NCBI GenBank assembly: GCA_016342715.1
Contig: JAEINW010000004.1
Coordinates: forward strand, 1 to 60,744
Length of the DNA: 60,744 bases
DNA from: Salinivirgaceae bacterium
GTDB lineage: Bacteria; Bacteroidota; Bacteroidia; Bacteroidales; SZUA-534
Direction: 5' to 3'
The notes below the pieces were generated by a model. The model searched no databases, was not told where the DNA came from, and was given only the letters and a program-made list of their open reading frames with translations. The translations under genes and the position numbers were made by a program. Shown here one piece after another: positions 41,849 through 54,939 of the stretch (positions are counted from its first letter, which is position 1; each line of letters opens with the position of its first letter).

Positions 41849-42262
41849 ATGGGTGCAAGAAAAAGAATAAAAGCCAATCAAAATAAAGAAGATAGGAAGA
41901 GCAGAAGCTTCGCTATGTTGCGAAACTGTCCAACTTCGCCTAGAAAGATGCGCCTTGTTGCAGACTTAGTTCGTGGTGAAGATGTAAACAAAGCATTGAA
42001 TATTCTTCATTACAGTCCTAAAGAGGCAGCTGGCAGGTTAGAAAAGCTATTGCTTTCGGCAATTGCAAACTGGCAGCAAAAAAACGAGGGCGTTCGTATT
42101 GAAGAATCGAACCTTGTTGTGAAAGAGATTTTTGTTGATTCTGGTAGAATGTTAAAACGTTTACGTCCGGCTCCGCAAGGAAGAGGACATAGAATCAGAA
42201 AAAGATCAAATCACGTTACATTAGTTGTTGATGGCCGCAATAGTGAAAATAACGAAAATTAA
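41849..42262 (+). CDS. rplV: 50S ribosomal protein L22
   Basis: [21 protein letters not shown]. Confidence 0.97.
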   Translation: MGARKRIKANQNKEDRKSRSFAMLRNCPTSPRKMRLVADLVRGEDVNKALNILHYSPKEAAGRLEKLLLSAIANWQQKNEGVRIEESNLVVKEIFVDSGRMLKRLRPAPQGRGHRIRKRSNHVTLVVDGRNSENNEN

Positions 42263-42268
42263 GTATCA

Positions 42269-42970
42269 ATGGGACAGAAATGTAATCCAATAGGAAATAG
42301 ATTAGGTATCATTAATGGTTGGGATTCTAACTGGTTTGGTGGTAGCAACTATGCGGAAAAAATTGTTGAAGACAATAAAATAAGAAAATATCTGTATGCT
42401 CGTTTAGCTAAAGCTAGCATTTCAAAGATTGTTATTGAACGCACCTTAAAGTTAATCACTATTACAGTGAATACGGCTCGTCCAGGTATCATTATTGGTA
42501 AAGGTGGACAAGAAGTAGACAAGCTAAAAGAAGAGCTTAAAAAAATTACTAAAAAGGAAGTTCAAATAAATATATTTGAAATAAAAAGGCCAGAACTAGA
42601 TGCTTACCTTGTTGGTACTAATATTGCTCGTCAGCTTGAAGGACGTATTTCATTCCGTAGAGCTGTTAAAATGGCAATAGCTTCAACCATGAGAATGGGT
42701 GCTGAAGGAATCAAAGTACAAGTATCAGGGAGATTAGGTGGAGCTGAAATGGCTCGTTCTGAACATTACAAAGAGGGCAGAACTCCGTTACACACCTTAA
42801 GAGCTGATATCGATTATGCAGCAGTAGAGGCTTTAACCAAAGTTGGTTTGATTGGCATTAAGGTTTGGATTTGTAAAGGTGAAGTTTACGGTAAACGTGA
42901 CTTAACTCCGAACTTAGGTGTAGCATCAAATCAGAAAAAGGGATTTAAGAAACAACAACGTAGAAAATAA
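42269..42970 (+). CDS. rpsC: 30S ribosomal protein S3
   Basis: [30 protein letters not shown]. Confidence 0.98.
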   Translation: MGQKCNPIGNRLGIINGWDSNWFGGSNYAEKIVEDNKIRKYLYARLAKASISKIVIERTLKLITITVNTARPGIIIGKGGQEVDKLKEELKKITKKEVQINIFEIKRPELDAYLVGTNIARQLEGRISFRRAVKMAIASTMRMGAEGIKVQVSGRLGGAEMARSEHYKEGRTPLHTLRADIDYAAVEALTKVGLIGIKVWICKGEVYGKRDLTPNLGVASNQKKGFKKQQRRK

Positions 42971-42989
42971 CCGTTAAAAGAGATTTAGG

Positions 42990-43418
42990 ATGTTACAGCC
43001 AAAGAAAACTAAATTCCGTCGTATGCAAAAAGGACGGATGAAAGGCAATGCTCAGCGCGGTAACCAATTAGCATTTGGTTCATTCGGAATAAAAGCGTTG
43101 GAAGAAACATGGATTACCGGAAGGCAGATCGAGGCAGCACGTCAAGCTGTGACGCGTTATATGAAACGTGAAGGACAAATTTGGATTCGTATTTTCCCTG
43201 ACAAACCTATTACAAAGAAACCAGCAGAGGTTCGTATGGGTAAAGGGAAAGGTGCTCCAGAAGGATTTGTTGCTCCTGTATCGCCTGGTCGTATTATTAT
43301 TGAAGCAGAAGGTGTATCGTATGAAGTAGCTAAAGAAGCACTTCGTTTAGCCGCACAAAAACTTCCAATTAAGACCAAGCTTGTTGTGAGAAGAGACTAT
43401 GTGGAAACTCAAATATAA
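42990..43418 (+). CDS. rplP: 50S ribosomal protein L16
   Basis: [22 protein letters not shown]. Confidence 0.98.
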   Translation: MLQPKKTKFRRMQKGRMKGNAQRGNQLAFGSFGIKALEETWITGRQIEAARQAVTRYMKREGQIWIRIFPDKPITKKPAEVRMGKGKGAPEGFVAPVSPGRIIIEAEGVSYEVAKEALRLAAQKLPIKTKLVVRRDYVETQI

Positions 43419-43424
43419 TGAGGA

Positions 43425-43625
43425 ATGAAAGCACTAGAAATTAAAGAGTTAACAACTCAAGAAATTATAGAAAGAATCGACGATTTTAAAAATGTGTTGA
43501 TTCGTATGCGTTTAAATCATGCGGTATCTCCATTGGATAATCCAAATAAAATTGGATCAACCAAAAAAGATATTGCCCGGTTGAAAACCGAGCTCAAAGT
43601 GAGACAGATTAACGAGAACAAATAA
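43425..43625 (+). CDS. rpmC: 50S ribosomal protein L29
   Basis: KKDIARLKT; lies between rplP and rpsQ. Confidence 0.95.
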   Translation: MKALEIKELTTQEIIERIDDFKNVLIRMRLNHAVSPLDNPNKIGSTKKDIARLKTELKVRQINENK

Positions 43626-43633
43626 TTTTGACG

Positions 43634-43894
43634 ATGGAAAATAAGAGAAATTTAAGAAAGGAACGTGTCGGGGTTGTTGTTAGCAATAAAATGGATAAAT
43701 CTATTATTATTGCTGTAAAACGTAAAGTTAAACACCCGATTTACGGAAAATTCGTCAATAAGACTAGCAAATTACATGCTCATGATGAGGAAAACACATG
43801 TAGTATTGGTGATACTGTAAGAGTTATGGAAACAAGACCTCTCAGTAAAACAAAGAGTTGGAGATTAGTTGAAATTATTGAAAGAGTTAAGTAG
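43634..43894 (+). CDS. rpsQ: 30S ribosomal protein S17
   Basis: [25 protein letters not shown]. Confidence 0.97.
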   Translation: MENKRNLRKERVGVVVSNKMDKSIIIAVKRKVKHPIYGKFVNKTSKLHAHDEENTCSIGDTVRVMETRPLSKTKSWRLVEIIERVK

Positions 43895-43896
43895 CC

Positions 43897-44262
43897 ATGA
43901 TACAAACGGAATCAAGATTAAATGTAGCTGATAATAGTGGTGCAAAATCTGTATTGTGTATCAGCATATTAGGAGGCACGAATAGAAAGTATGCCTCAAT
44001 AGGTGATAAAATAGTTATTTCAGTAAAATCTGCAATGCCAAGTAGCGAAGTTAAAAAAGGTACCGTAAGTAGAGCAGTTGTTGTTCGTACCAGAAAAGAA
44101 ATTCGCAGAGCTGATGGTTCATATATTCGTTTTGACGACAATGCCTGTGTTTTATTAAACCAAGCAGGTGAAATTCGTGGAACTCGTATTTTTGGACCCG
44201 TTGCTAGAGAACTACGTGAAAACTATATGAAAATTGTTTCATTGGCACCTGAAGTATTATAA
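43897..44262 (+). CDS. rplN: 50S ribosomal protein L14
   Basis: [25 protein letters not shown]. Confidence 0.98.
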   Translation: MIQTESRLNVADNSGAKSVLCISILGGTNRKYASIGDKIVISVKSAMPSSEVKKGTVSRAVVVRTRKEIRRADGSYIRFDDNACVLLNQAGEIRGTRIFGPVARELRENYMKIVSLAPEVL

Positions 44263-44282
44263 TCTGTAAACACTATCAGAAA

Positions 44283-44606
44283 ATGCGTAAAAAATTGCAT
44301 ATTAAGAAAGGTGATACCGTAACGGTTATTTCAGGAGAATCGAAAGGACAAAAAGGAAAAGTTCTTGAGATTTTTGCTGAGAAACAACGCGCTATCATAG
44401 AGGGAGCTAATTTGGTTTCAAAACACACAAAACCAAATGCTGATAATCCACAAGGTGGAATTGTAAAACAGGAAGCTCCAATTCATATTTCTAATTTAAT
44501 GGTTATTGATCCTTCAACAGGAAAAGCAACTAGAATTGGAAGGAAAGAAAATGATAAAGGGAAATTAGTTAGATATTCAAAAAAATCTGGAGAGGAGATT
44601 AAGTAA
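44283..44606 (+). CDS. rplX: 50S ribosomal protein L24
   Basis: [19 protein letters not shown]. Confidence 0.97.
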   Translation: MRKKLHIKKGDTVTVISGESKGQKGKVLEIFAEKQRAIIEGANLVSKHTKPNADNPQGGIVKQEAPIHISNLMVIDPSTGKATRIGRKENDKGKLVRYSKKSGEEIK

Positions 44607-45163
44607 TGGATTATAAGCCGACACTTAGGACAAAGTATGAGGAAGAAATTATTCCTGCTTTAACTAAGGAGTTTAATTACAAAACTCCCATGCAAGTTCC
44701 AAAATTGGAAAAAATTGTATTGAATCAGGGAGTTGGAAAAGCTGTAGCAGATAAAAAAATTATCGATGTTGCCGCTAATGAACTTTCAAACATTGCCGGA
44801 CAAATGGCAATCAAAACAATGTCTAAAAAAGATATCTCTAACTTTAAGCTTAGAAAAAAGATGCCAATTGGTGTTAAAGTAACTTTGCGTAGAGAGAAAA
44901 TGTATGAGTTCCTTGAGAAATTAATTTCTGTTACTTTGCCACGTATTCGTGACTTCAGAGGTATCAACAGTAAATTAGACGGTAAAGGAAATTATACTAT
45001 GGGTATAACAGAACAAATAATTTTCCCAGAAATTGACATTGACAAAATAAATTCTATTTTAGGAATGGACATTTCTTTTGTTACAAGTGCCAATACTGAT
45101 GAAGAAGGTTATGCTTTACTCAGAGAATTTGGTTTACCTTTTAAAAATCTTAAAAAGAACTAA
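44606..45163 (+). CDS. rplE: 50S ribosomal protein L5
   Basis: [19 protein letters not shown]. Confidence 0.98.
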   Translation: MDYKPTLRTKYEEEIIPALTKEFNYKTPMQVPKLEKIVLNQGVGKAVADKKIIDVAANELSNIAGQMAIKTMSKKDISNFKLRKKMPIGVKVTLRREKMYEFLEKLISVTLPRIRDFRGINSKLDGKGNYTMGITEQIIFPEIDIDKINSILGMDISFVTSANTDEEGYALLREFGLPFKNLKKN

Positions 45164-45166
45164 ATT

Positions 45167-45436
45167 ATGGCTAAAGAATCAATGAAAGCTCGTGAAGTTA
45201 AGCGTAAAAGAACAGTTGAAAAATATGCCGCTAAGCGAGAAAGATTAAAAGCAGAAGGCGATTTTGAAGGTCTTCAAAAATTACCCAGAAACGCCTCACC
45301 AGTGCGTATGCATAACAGATGTAGCTTAACTGGAAGACCAAAAGGTTACATGAGACAATTTGGGTTAAGTAGAATTACGTTTAGGGAAATGGCTCTTAAT
45401 GGTTTAATCTCTGGAGTAAAAAAAGCAAGTTGGTAA
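45167..45436 (+). CDS. rpsN: 30S ribosomal protein S14 (89 aa, zinc-free type)
   Basis: [11 protein letters not shown]...FGLSR; no CxxC pairs. Confidence 0.97.
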   Translation: MAKESMKAREVKRKRTVEKYAAKRERLKAEGDFEGLQKLPRNASPVRMHNRCSLTGRPKGYMRQFGLSRITFREMALNGLISGVKKASW

Positions 45437-45454
45437 AATTTAAAGCTTAGAAAA

Positions 45455-45850
45455 ATGACAGATCCAATTGCAGATTTTCTGACAAGAATTCGCAATGCCC
45501 AAATGGCAAAACATAAGGTTGTTGAGATACCTGCTTCAAATATTAAAAAAAATATGACTAAAATTCTTTTCGAACAAGGTTATATTTTGAACTATAAGTT
45601 TGAAGAGAATTCAGTTCAAGGAACAATAAAAATTGCCTTGAAATACAATGCTGAAACAAAACAACCAGTAATTAAAAAATTACAACGAGTTAGTTCTCCA
45701 GGGTTACGTTTGTACAAAAGCGCAACTGATATTCCTCGCGTTTTAAATGGATTAGGAGTAGCTATTATTTCAACTTCACAAGGCTTACTTACAGGAAAAG
45801 AAGCGAAAATAAAAAATGTAGGTGGTGAAGTATTGTGTTACGTTTATTAA
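45455..45850 (+). CDS. rpsH: 30S ribosomal protein S8
   Basis: [24 protein letters not shown]. Confidence 0.98.
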   Translation: MTDPIADFLTRIRNAQMAKHKVVEIPASNIKKNMTKILFEQGYILNYKFEENSVQGTIKIALKYNAETKQPVIKKLQRVSSPGLRLYKSATDIPRVLNGLGVAIISTSQGLLTGKEAKIKNVGGEVLCYVY

Positions 45851-45862
45851 AAAATATAAGAA

Positions 45863-46417
45863 ATGTCACGAATTGGAAAATTACCTGTAGCTATACCAAA
45901 AGGTGTTACCATTACTGTTGGGAACGACAATTTGGTAGTAGTAAAAGGGCCTAAAGGAGAACTTCAACAAAAAGTTCATGAAGACTTGAAAGTTCTGATT
46001 GAAGAAGAACAAGTTGTTGTTGAGCGTCCATCAGAATCAATCCAACATAAATCTATGCATGGATTGTATCGTTCTTTGATTAACAATATGGTTATTGGTG
46101 TCTCTGAAGGGTACAAAATCAATATGGAATTTGTTGGTGTGGGTTACCGTGCAGAAGCAAATGGACAAATGCTTGAGATGAGTTTAGGTTATTCTCATAA
46201 CATTGTTTTTCAAATGCCAAATGAGGTTAAGATTGAAGCTGTAACAGAACGTCGTAGTAATCCTCGTTTAACTTTAGAAAGTTGCGATAAGCAATTGGTT
46301 GGACAAATAGCCGCAAAAATTAGAGCATTTAGAAAACCTGAGCCATATAAAGGTAAAGGTATTAAGTTTGCGGGTGAGGTAATACGTAGAAAAGCTGGTA
46401 AATCGGCTGGTAAATAA
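45863..46417 (+). CDS. rplF: 50S ribosomal protein L6
   Basis: [16 protein letters not shown]. Confidence 0.98.
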   Translation: MSRIGKLPVAIPKGVTITVGNDNLVVVKGPKGELQQKVHEDLKVLIEEEQVVVERPSESIQHKSMHGLYRSLINNMVIGVSEGYKINMEFVGVGYRAEANGQMLEMSLGYSHNIVFQMPNEVKIEAVTERRSNPRLTLESCDKQLVGQIAAKIRAFRKPEPYKGKGIKFAGEVIRRKAGKSAGK

Positions 46418-46433
46418 TTTAAAGGAATTAATT

Positions 46434-46790
46434 ATGGCTTTTAGCAAACAAATAAGAAGGCAAAAAATTAAGGTGAGTATTCGTTCTGCTGTTAGTGGAA
46501 CGGCTGATATTCCTCGAATGAGTGTTTTCCGTAGCAACAAGCAAATTTATGTTCAAGTAATCGATGATGTTGCTGGAACAACCTTAGCTGCCGCATCTTC
46601 GAAAATTAAAGAGGTGGCAGACCTTAAAGGAAATAAAATTGAAAAAGCAACTAAAGTTGGTGAAACAATTGCCAAAGTAGCTAGCGAAAAAGGAATTTCA
46701 CAGGTTGTATTTGACCGTAATGGATTTTTATATCATGGTAGAATTAAAGCATTAGCTGAAGCTGCCAGAAATGGAGGACTTAAATTTTAG
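46434..46790 (+). CDS. rplR: 50S ribosomal protein L18
   Basis: [22 protein letters not shown]. Confidence 0.98.
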   Translation: MAFSKQIRRQKIKVSIRSAVSGTADIPRMSVFRSNKQIYVQVIDDVAGTTLAAASSKIKEVADLKGNKIEKATKVGETIAKVASEKGISQVVFDRNGFLYHGRIKALAEAARNGGLKF

Positions 46791-46796
46791 TAGTAT

Positions 46797-47309
46797 ATGT
46801 CAAGTATCAGAAAAATAAAAACAACCGACTTAGAGTTAAAGGACCGTTTGGTAGCTATTAACCGGGTTACAAAAGTAACTAAAGGGGGTCGTACTTTCAG
46901 TTTCTCTGCTATTGTTGTGGTAGGAAATGAAAATGGAATCGTAGGATACGGATTAGGTAAAGCTAACGAGGTAACTACTGCAATTAGCAAAGGTATTGAA
47001 GATGCTAAGAAAAGTCTTATTAAAGTTCCTGTAATTAATGGTACTATTCCTCACGAACAATTAGCTCGTTATGGTGGAGCCAGCGTATTTATTTCGCCGG
47101 CATCTAGTGGTACCGGTGTAAAAGCGGGTGGTGCTATGCGTGCTGTACTTGAAAGTGTTGGAGTAAAAGATTGTTTGGCAAAATCAAAAGGATCATCAAA
47201 CCCTCATAACGTTGTAAAAGCAACAATTGCTGCATTATTAAAAATGCGCGATGCTTATACAGTAGCTAACGAGCGTGGTGTTTCATTGGAAAAAGTTTTT
47301 AAAGGATAG
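46797..47309 (+). CDS. rpsE: 30S ribosomal protein S5
   Basis: [17 protein letters not shown]. Confidence 0.98.
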   Translation: MSSIRKIKTTDLELKDRLVAINRVTKVTKGGRTFSFSAIVVVGNENGIVGYGLGKANEVTTAISKGIEDAKKSLIKVPVINGTIPHEQLARYGGASVFISPASSGTGVKAGGAMRAVLESVGVKDCLAKSKGSSNPHNVVKATIAALLKMRDAYTVANERGVSLEKVFKG

Positions 47310-47323
47310 TTAAAATTAAGAAC

Positions 47324-47506
47324 ATGGCTAAATATCGTATTACACAGACTAGAAGTAAGATAGGAAGTACAAAGCGTCAGAAAGCGACGCTTGATGCACT
47401 AGGGTTACGTAAGATTCGTCACACTATTGAGCAGGAAGGTACTCCTGAGATTATGGGAATGATAAATAAAGTTAAACACTTAGTTTCTGTAGAGGAGATT
47501 AAATAA
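47324..47506 (+). CDS. rpmD: 50S ribosomal protein L30
   Basis: RSKIG...[17 protein letters not shown]. Confidence 0.96.
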   Translation: MAKYRITQTRSKIGSTKRQKATLDALGLRKIRHTIEQEGTPEIMGMINKVKHLVSVEEIK

Positions 47507-47517
47507 TATTTTCAGAA

Positions 47518-47964
47518 ATGGATTTAAGTATATTGAAACCAGCTGAAGGCTCAACAAAGAATCGCAAGAGAATCGGTAGAGGTCAGGGATCTGGCCGAGG
47601 CGGTACCTCAACACGTGGACATAAAGGAGCTAAATCACGATCTGGATATTCTAAAAAAGTTGGATTCGAAGGTGGACAAATGCCTTTGCAAAGGAGAGTT
47701 CCTAAATTTGGATTCAAAAACATCAATAGAAAAGAATATAAAGCAATTAATATTGGTGATTTGCAAAAATTAGCAGAAACCAAAAATTTAACGGCTATCG
47801 ATGTTCAAATCATTCTTGATAATGGTTTGGCTTCAAGTAAAGATAGAATTAAAATTCTTGGTAACGGAAAATTAACCTTAAAGCTGGAAATTACAGCACA
47901 TGCTTTTTCAAAAACGGCTGTTGAAGCTATTGAAAAGCTTGAAGGTACAGTAGTAACTTTGTAA
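47518..47964 (+). CDS. rplO: 50S ribosomal protein L15
   Basis: GRGQGSG, GFEGGQMPL. Confidence 0.98.
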   Translation: MDLSILKPAEGSTKNRKRIGRGQGSGRGGTSTRGHKGAKSRSGYSKKVGFEGGQMPLQRRVPKFGFKNINRKEYKAINIGDLQKLAETKNLTAIDVQIILDNGLASSKDRIKILGNGKLTLKLEITAHAFSKTAVEAIEKLEGTVVTL

Positions 47965-47974
47965 ATATAGATTA

Positions 47975-49306
47975 ATGAAGAGATTTATAGATACCTTAAA
48001 GAATATCTGGAAGATTGAAGACTTAAAAGCTCGTATTTTAACAACTTTAGGGCTAATTTTAATTTATCGTCTGGGAACAAGGGTTGTGCTACCAGGTATC
48101 GATCCTTCTCAATTAGCCGCACTAAAAGATCAAACGTCAACAGGTGTATTGGGATTGTTAGATATGTTTTCTGGAGGTGCTTTTTCTAATGCTTCAATTT
48201 TTGCATTGGGAATTATGCCTTACATTTCAGCTTCGATTGTAATTCAACTTCTTGGTATGGCGGTACCTTATTTTCAGAAATTGCAGCGTGAAGGTGAAAG
48301 TGGAACTCGTAAAATAAATCAAATAACCAGGTACTTAACGGTAATTATTTTATTATTGCAAGGTCCTAGTTATCTTGCTAATTTACATGCACAATTACCA
48401 GCATCCGCATTTGTGATGAGTGGAGCATTATTCACCATTTCATCCATAGTAATATTAACTGCTGGAACTATGTTTGTAATGTGGTTAGGGGAACGCATAA
48501 CTGACAAAGGAATAGGTAATGGTATCTCTTTAATAATTATGATAGGAATTATTGCTCGTCTCCCATCTTCATTATGGGTTGAACTTGTTTCTCGTATTAA
48601 CGAGCAAGGTGGTGGTTTAGTAATGTTCTTAATTGAAATGATTGCTTTAGCTATTGTTGTAGCGCTAACTATTCTGTTAATTCAGGGAACAAGACGCATT
48701 CCTGTGCAATATGCCAAAAGAATAGTTGGAAATAAACAATATGGTGGTGTTCGCCAATACATTCCATTAAAAGTGAATGCATCGGGTGTAATGCCTATCA
48801 TTTTTGCTCAAGCTATTATGTTTTTACCAATTGTACTTGTTGGGTTTGCTGAAAGCGATGCAGCCACAGGAATTGCAGCTGCTCTTTCTGACAATACAGG
48901 AGTTTGGTATAATTTATTAACAGCAATTTTAATCATTCTCTTTACATACTTTTACACTGCTATTATTATTAATCCAACACAAATGGCAGAGGATATGAAA
49001 AAGAATGGCGGTTTTATTCCAGGGGTTAAACCAGGAAGAAAAACTATTGAATATCTTGATATGATTATGTCAAGAATTACATTACCAGGTTCAATTTTCC
49101 TTGCTTTAGTTGCTATAATGCCCGCTTTTGCTATGATAGCAGGTGTTGATACTAACTTTGCATATTTTTATGGTGGTACTTCGCTTTTAATTATGGTTGG
49201 AGTTGTGTTAGATACACTACAACAAATTGAAAGTCATTTATTAATGAGACATTACGATGGATTAATGAAGAGTGGTCGAATTAAAGGTGGCCGTTCTGTA
49301 ATTTAA
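47975..49306 (+). CDS. secY: Preprotein translocase SecY
   Basis: SIFALGIMPYISASI, GIGNGISL, GGTSLLIMVGV. Confidence 0.98.
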   Translation: MKRFIDTLKNIWKIEDLKARILTTLGLILIYRLGTRVVLPGIDPSQLAALKDQTSTGVLGLLDMFSGGAFSNASIFALGIMPYISASIVIQLLGMAVPYFQKLQREGESGTRKINQITRYLTVIILLLQGPSYLANLHAQLPASAFVMSGALFTISSIVILTAGTMFVMWLGERITDKGIGNGISLIIMIGIIARLPSSLWVELVSRINEQGGGLVMFLIEMIALAIVVALTILLIQGTRRIPVQYAKRIVGNKQYGGVRQYIPLKVNASGVMPIIFAQAIMFLPIVLVGFAESDAATGIAAALSDNTGVWYNLLTAILIILFTYFYTAIIINPTQMAEDMKKNGGFIPGVKPGRKTIEYLDMIMSRITLPGSIFLALVAIMPAFAMIAGVDTNFAYFYGGTSLLIMVGVVLDTLQQIESHLLMRHYDGLMKSGRIKGGRSVI

Positions 49307-49327
49307 TATATCCGCTAAAGTTCTTTG

Positions 49328-50092
49328 ATGTTATTTTATAAGACAGCCGAAGAGATTAATTTAATTAAGAAAAGCTGTCAACTCGTTTCGCAAACACATG
49401 CCATGCTTAGTAAATTTATTAAGCCTGGTATGAGTACTTTGAAACTTGATAGCTTAGCTTTTGATTTTATAAAAGATCATCATGCTCAACCAGCTTTTCT
49501 TAATTATAATGGTTTCCCAAATTCTTTATGCATATCGGTTAATGATACAATTGTTCATGGCATACCTTCAAAATATGAGTTGCACGAGGGTGATATTGTT
49601 TCTATTGACTGTGGTGTAATAAAGGATACTTTTTACGGCGATTCCTGTTATACGTTTAACTTAGGAGCAAATGATAATGTGGTGTATGATTTTGTTAATA
49701 TTGTTAAGCAATCGTTATATAAGGGAATTGAAGCGGCAAAAGAGGGAAAACGAGTTGGTGATATTGGATTTGCTATTCAAAAATTTATTTCAGAAAATGG
49801 ATTTTCTATTGTTAAGGAAATGGTGGGTCATGGAATTGGAAAAAAACTACATGAAGAACCTGATGTTCCAAACTACGGAAAACCAAAATCTGGAATAAAA
49901 TTAAAAAAAGGGATGGTATTAGCTATTGAACCGATAGTTAATTTTGGGAGTCGCCAATGTAAGTTGGAAGACGATGGCTGGACTTTAAAAACAAAAGATG
50001 GAAAATGGTCCGCTCATTTTGAACATACCATTGCAATTGATGGTAATGAGCCTGAGATTCTTTCCGATTTTGAAATAATAGAACAACAATAA
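49328..50092 (+). CDS. map: Type I methionine aminopeptidase
   Basis: HGIP, metal ligands in SIDCG, GDSC, GHGIG, AIEP, HFEHT. Confidence 0.93.
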   Translation: MLFYKTAEEINLIKKSCQLVSQTHAMLSKFIKPGMSTLKLDSLAFDFIKDHHAQPAFLNYNGFPNSLCISVNDTIVHGIPSKYELHEGDIVSIDCGVIKDTFYGDSCYTFNLGANDNVVYDFVNIVKQSLYKGIEAAKEGKRVGDIGFAIQKFISENGFSIVKEMVGHGIGKKLHEEPDVPNYGKPKSGIKLKKGMVLAIEPIVNFGSRQCKLEDDGWTLKTKDGKWSAHFEHTIAIDGNEPEILSDFEIIEQQ

Positions 50093-50109
50093 ATATTAGA
50101 AAACGAATT

Positions 50110-50328
50110 ATGGCTAAACAGTCGTCTATTGAACAAGATGGTACCATTACCGAAGCATTGAGTAATGCAATGTTTCGTGTTGAACTTGAAAACGGGCATA
50201 TTATTACAGCCCATATCTCCGGTAAAATGCGTATGCATTATATAAAAATTTTACCTGGTGATAAAGTAAAAGTTGAAATGTCACCTTATGATTTAACTAA
50301 GGGACGTATAACATTTAGATACAAATAA
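50110..50328 (+). CDS. infA: Translation initiation factor IF-1
   Basis: [18 protein letters not shown]. Confidence 0.98.
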   Translation: MAKQSSIEQDGTITEALSNAMFRVELENGHIITAHISGKMRMHYIKILPGDKVKVEMSPYDLTKGRITFRYK

Positions 50329-50340
50329 AATATCTTAAAG

Positions 50341-50457
50341 ATGAAAGTAAGAGCATCAGTTAAAAAACGTAGTGCCGATTGTAAAATCGTACGTAGAAAA
50401 GGACGTTTATATGTGATTAACAAAAAAAATCCAAAATTTAAGCAACGTCAAGGATAA
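50341..50457 (+). CDS. rpmJ: 50S ribosomal protein L36 (absent from the ORF track)
   Basis: Translated by hand: [38 protein letters not shown]. Confidence 0.97.
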   Translation: MKVRASVKKRSADCKIVRRKGRLYVINKKNPKFKQRQG

Positions 50458-50463
50458 TTTATT

Positions 50464-50471
50464 TAACTTTG
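50464..50471 (+). promoter_or_regulatory. Internal -7 box ahead of the alpha operon
   Basis: TAACTTTG(C) between rpmJ and rpsM. Confidence 0.6.
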
Positions 50472-50497
50472 CAAACCGAATTTTTAAATTGTAATTT

Positions 50498-50875
50498 ATG
50501 GCACGACTAGTAGGTGTTGATTTACCAAAGAATAAAAGAGGTGTAGTAGGCCTTACTTATATATTTGGCGTTGGAAATAGTACAGCGTGTACTATTCTTG
50601 ATGAGGCTAAAATTAGCTATGACACGAAAGTTAAAGATTGGACGGATGCTGAGATTGCTGCATTGCGTAAGATCCTTAATGAAAAATATAAACTTGAAGG
50701 AGAACTTCGCTCAGAAGTACAAATAAACATTAAGAGATTAATGGACATTGGTTGTTACCGTGGAATCCGTCATCGTATCGGATTGCCAGTTCGTGGACAA
50801 GGCACACAAAATAATGCCCGTACACGTAAAGGTAGAAAGAAAACTGTTGCGAATAAAAAGAAAGCTACTAAATAA
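50498..50875 (+). CDS. rpsM: 30S ribosomal protein S13
   Basis: [13 protein letters not shown]...NARTRKG. Confidence 0.98.
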   Translation: MARLVGVDLPKNKRGVVGLTYIFGVGNSTACTILDEAKISYDTKVKDWTDAEIAALRKILNEKYKLEGELRSEVQINIKRLMDIGCYRGIRHRIGLPVRGQGTQNNARTRKGRKKTVANKKKATK

Positions 50876-50888
50876 TAGATAAGTTATT

Positions 50889-51278
50889 ATGGCACAGAAG
50901 TCTAAAACTGCAAGAAAAAAAGTTGTAAAAGTAGAAGCAACTGGACAGGTGCACATTCATTCGTCTTTTAATAATATTATTATTTCAATGACGAATAATG
51001 ATGGACAAGTAATATCATGGTCATCATCAGGAAAGAACGGTTTTAGGGGTTCTAAAAAGAACACCCCGTATGCCGCTCAAGTAGCTGCTGAAGATTGTGC
51101 AAAAGTAGCCTATGATATGGGTATGAGAAAAGCTAAGGTATATGTAAAAGGTCCTGGAACTGGCAGAGAATCTGCTATCAGAACAGTACATAACCAAGGC
51201 ATTGAAGTTGTTGAGATTGTTGATGTTACTCCACTTCCTCACAATGGTTGTAGACCGCCAAAAAGGCGACGTGTTTAA
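50889..51278 (+). CDS. rpsK: 30S ribosomal protein S11
   Basis: [24 protein letters not shown]. Confidence 0.98.
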   Translation: MAQKSKTARKKVVKVEATGQVHIHSSFNNIIISMTNNDGQVISWSSSGKNGFRGSKKNTPYAAQVAAEDCAKVAYDMGMRKAKVYVKGPGTGRESAIRTVHNQGIEVVEIVDVTPLPHNGCRPPKRRRV

Positions 51279-51307
51279 TTTTATTCAATTGATTAAATTT
51301 TTAGCAG

Positions 51308-51916
51308 ATGGCTAGATATATTGGACCAAAAACAAAGATCGCCAGAAAATTTGGTGAACCTATTTATGGACCTGATAAATATTTCGAAAGAAAAAATTTT
51401 CCTCCTGGACAGCATGGATTAAGTAAAAAAAGAAGAAAATCTTCTGAATACGGTATCCAGTTGAAAGAGAAGCAAAAAGCGAAATATACTTACGGTTTAT
51501 TAGAAAAACAATTCGCTAATCTTTTCGACAAAGCGCAGCGCAGTAAAGGGGTTACAGGTGAAGTATTGTTACAACTTTTAGAATCACGTTTAGATAACGT
51601 GGTATATCGTTTAGGTATTGCTCCAACACGTGCTGCTGCACGTCAGTTAGTTGGACACAAGCACATTACAGTAGACGGTAGTATTGTAAATATTTCTTCT
51701 TACCTGTTGAAATCAGGTCAAGTAATTGGCGTAAGAGAGAAATCAAAATCATTATTGGTTATTGATGAAGCATTAAAGGCTTCGAACCATAACAAGTACC
51801 CATGGATTGAATGGGACAAAGACACCAAAACTGGTAAATATCTGAACGTTCCTGAAAGAACAGAAATACCTGAAAATATTAAGGAACAATTAATCGTAGA
51901 ATTATACTCTAAGTAA
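51308..51916 (+). CDS. rpsD: 30S ribosomal protein S4
   Basis: [25 protein letters not shown]. Confidence 0.98.
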   Translation: MARYIGPKTKIARKFGEPIYGPDKYFERKNFPPGQHGLSKKRRKSSEYGIQLKEKQKAKYTYGLLEKQFANLFDKAQRSKGVTGEVLLQLLESRLDNVVYRLGIAPTRAAARQLVGHKHITVDGSIVNISSYLLKSGQVIGVREKSKSLLVIDEALKASNHNKYPWIEWDKDTKTGKYLNVPERTEIPENIKEQLIVELYSK

Positions 51917-51926
51917 TTTTTATATT

Positions 51927-52919
51927 ATGGCAATTTTAGCTTTTCAGAAGCCCGATAAAGTTATAATGCTGGATGCGGATGACCATTTAGGGCAATTCGA
52001 ATTCAGACCTTTAGAACCAGGATACGGCAACACTGTTGGTAATGCTTTAAGGAGAATATTACTTTCTTCTCTTGAAGGATTTGCTATTACAACTGTAAAA
52101 GTGGAGGGAGTTGAACATGAATTCTCTACAATACCAGGAGTAATCGAAGACGTTACTGAAATTGTGTTAAGCCTGAAACAGGTGAGATTTAAACAGCAAA
52201 TTGAAGACATTGATCATGAAAAAGTATCTGTTACTATTACCGATCAAGAAGTTTTCACTGCTGGAGATATATCTCGTTTTATCACTGGTTTTGAAGTACT
52301 AAATCCCGATTTGGTTATATGTAACTTAGAATCATCAGTAAAACTTCAAATGGAAATCACTATCAATAAAGGTAGAGGTTATGTTCCTTCAGAGGAAAAC
52401 ATGCCTGTTGATTCTGAATTTGGCGTTATTGCACTGGACTCTATTCACACACCTATTAAAAACGTTAAATTTAACGTTGAAAATTACCGGGTCGAGCAAA
52501 AAACAGACTACGAAAAGCTTGTTTTAGAGATAAAAACTGATGGTTCAATCCATCCGAAAGACGCATTGAAAGAAGCAGCAAAAATACTTATTTATCATTT
52601 CATGTTATTCTCTGATGAGAAAATTATATTGGATTCTGATGAAAAATATCAAGCTGAAGAGTTTGACGAAGAAGTATTACACATGCGCCAATTGCTTAAA
52701 ACAAAATTGGTTGATATGGATCTTTCAGTTAGAGCATTAAATTGCTTGAAGGCTGCCGATGTTGACACTTTAGGAGACTTATGTACTTATAATAAGAACG
52801 ATCTTCTTAAGTTCAGAAACTTTGGTAAAAAGTCGCTAACTGAATTAGATGACCTATTAGAATCAATGAACTTGACTTTTGGAATGGACATCAGTAAGTA
52901 TAAACTTGAGAAAGAATAA
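51927..52919 (+). CDS. rpoA: RNA polymerase alpha subunit
   Basis: [37 protein letters not shown]. Confidence 0.98.
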   Translation: MAILAFQKPDKVIMLDADDHLGQFEFRPLEPGYGNTVGNALRRILLSSLEGFAITTVKVEGVEHEFSTIPGVIEDVTEIVLSLKQVRFKQQIEDIDHEKVSVTITDQEVFTAGDISRFITGFEVLNPDLVICNLESSVKLQMEITINKGRGYVPSEENMPVDSEFGVIALDSIHTPIKNVKFNVENYRVEQKTDYEKLVLEIKTDGSIHPKDALKEAAKILIYHFMLFSDEKIILDSDEKYQAEEFDEEVLHMRQLLKTKLVDMDLSVRALNCLKAADVDTLGDLCTYNKNDLLKFRNFGKKSLTELDDLLESMNLTFGMDISKYKLEKE

Positions 52920-52924
52920 TTGAG

Positions 52925-53479
52925 ATGAGACACAATAAGAGTTTTAATCATTTAGGAAGGAATGCCTCACATCGTAGTGCGATGTTATCAAATATGGCAA
53001 CTTCACTGATTCTCCATAAAAGAATTAACACTACTGTTGCAAAAGCGAAAGCTTTAAAGAGTTACGTTGAACCTTTAATTACAAAATCGAAGGTAGATTC
53101 AACACACTCAAGAAGAGTTGTTTTCAGTTTCCTTCAAAATAAAGAAGGTGTATCTGAGCTATTTAGAGATATTGCAATTAAGGTTGCAAATCGTCCTGGA
53201 GGATATACACGTATCTTAAAAACAGGCAATAGACAAGGTGATAATGCTGAAATGTGTATTATAGAATTGGTTGATTACAATGAAAACTACACACAAGAAA
53301 GCAAATCGGCTAAAAAGACAACTACTCGCAAAAGAAGAGGTGGTAAAAAAACAACAAGTGCTGAGACGGAAGCAAAAGTTGTAGAAGAAACTGTTAAAAC
53401 AGTTGAAGCTGTAGCTAAAGAAGCTCCTGTTGCTGAAGTAAAAGAAACTGAAGCAAAAGAAGAAGATAAAAAAGAATAA
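52925..53479 (+). CDS. rplQ: 50S ribosomal protein L17 with Lys/Glu/Ala-rich tail
   Basis: [19 protein letters not shown]. Confidence 0.97.
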   Translation: MRHNKSFNHLGRNASHRSAMLSNMATSLILHKRINTTVAKAKALKSYVEPLITKSKVDSTHSRRVVFSFLQNKEGVSELFRDIAIKVANRPGGYTRILKTGNRQGDNAEMCIIELVDYNENYTQESKSAKKTTTRKRRGGKKTTSAETEAKVVEETVKTVEAVAKEAPVAEVKETEAKEEDKKE

Positions 53480-53503
53480 TAAAATACTATTCTAAAACAT
53501 ATT

Positions 53504-53539
53504 AAGAGGGATAAATTTTTTATATTTATCCCTCTTTTT
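53504..53539 (+). terminator. Terminator of the alpha operon
   Basis: AAGAGGGATAAAT...ATTTATCCCTCTTTTT. Confidence 0.88.
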
Positions 53540-53579
53540 GTGATTAACAAAATTCGTTTGTTATTCAATACAAATTTGA

Positions 53580-54887
<1,308 letters not shown>

Positions 54888-54907
54888 TATTGATAAATAA
54901 TATATAT

Positions 54908-54938
54908 AAAAAAGGCTTGCAATTTGCAAGCCTTTTTT
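54908..54938. terminator. Bidirectional terminator between eno and the Dam-like gene
   Basis: AAAAAAGGCTTGCAA-t-TTGCAAGCCTTTTTT. Confidence 0.9.
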
Positions 54939-54939
54939 A

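Noticed and set aside
45167..50457. Zinc-free S14 and L36 in the core operon
   Set aside because: Common in Bacteroidota; not evidence of a special zinc-sparing system.
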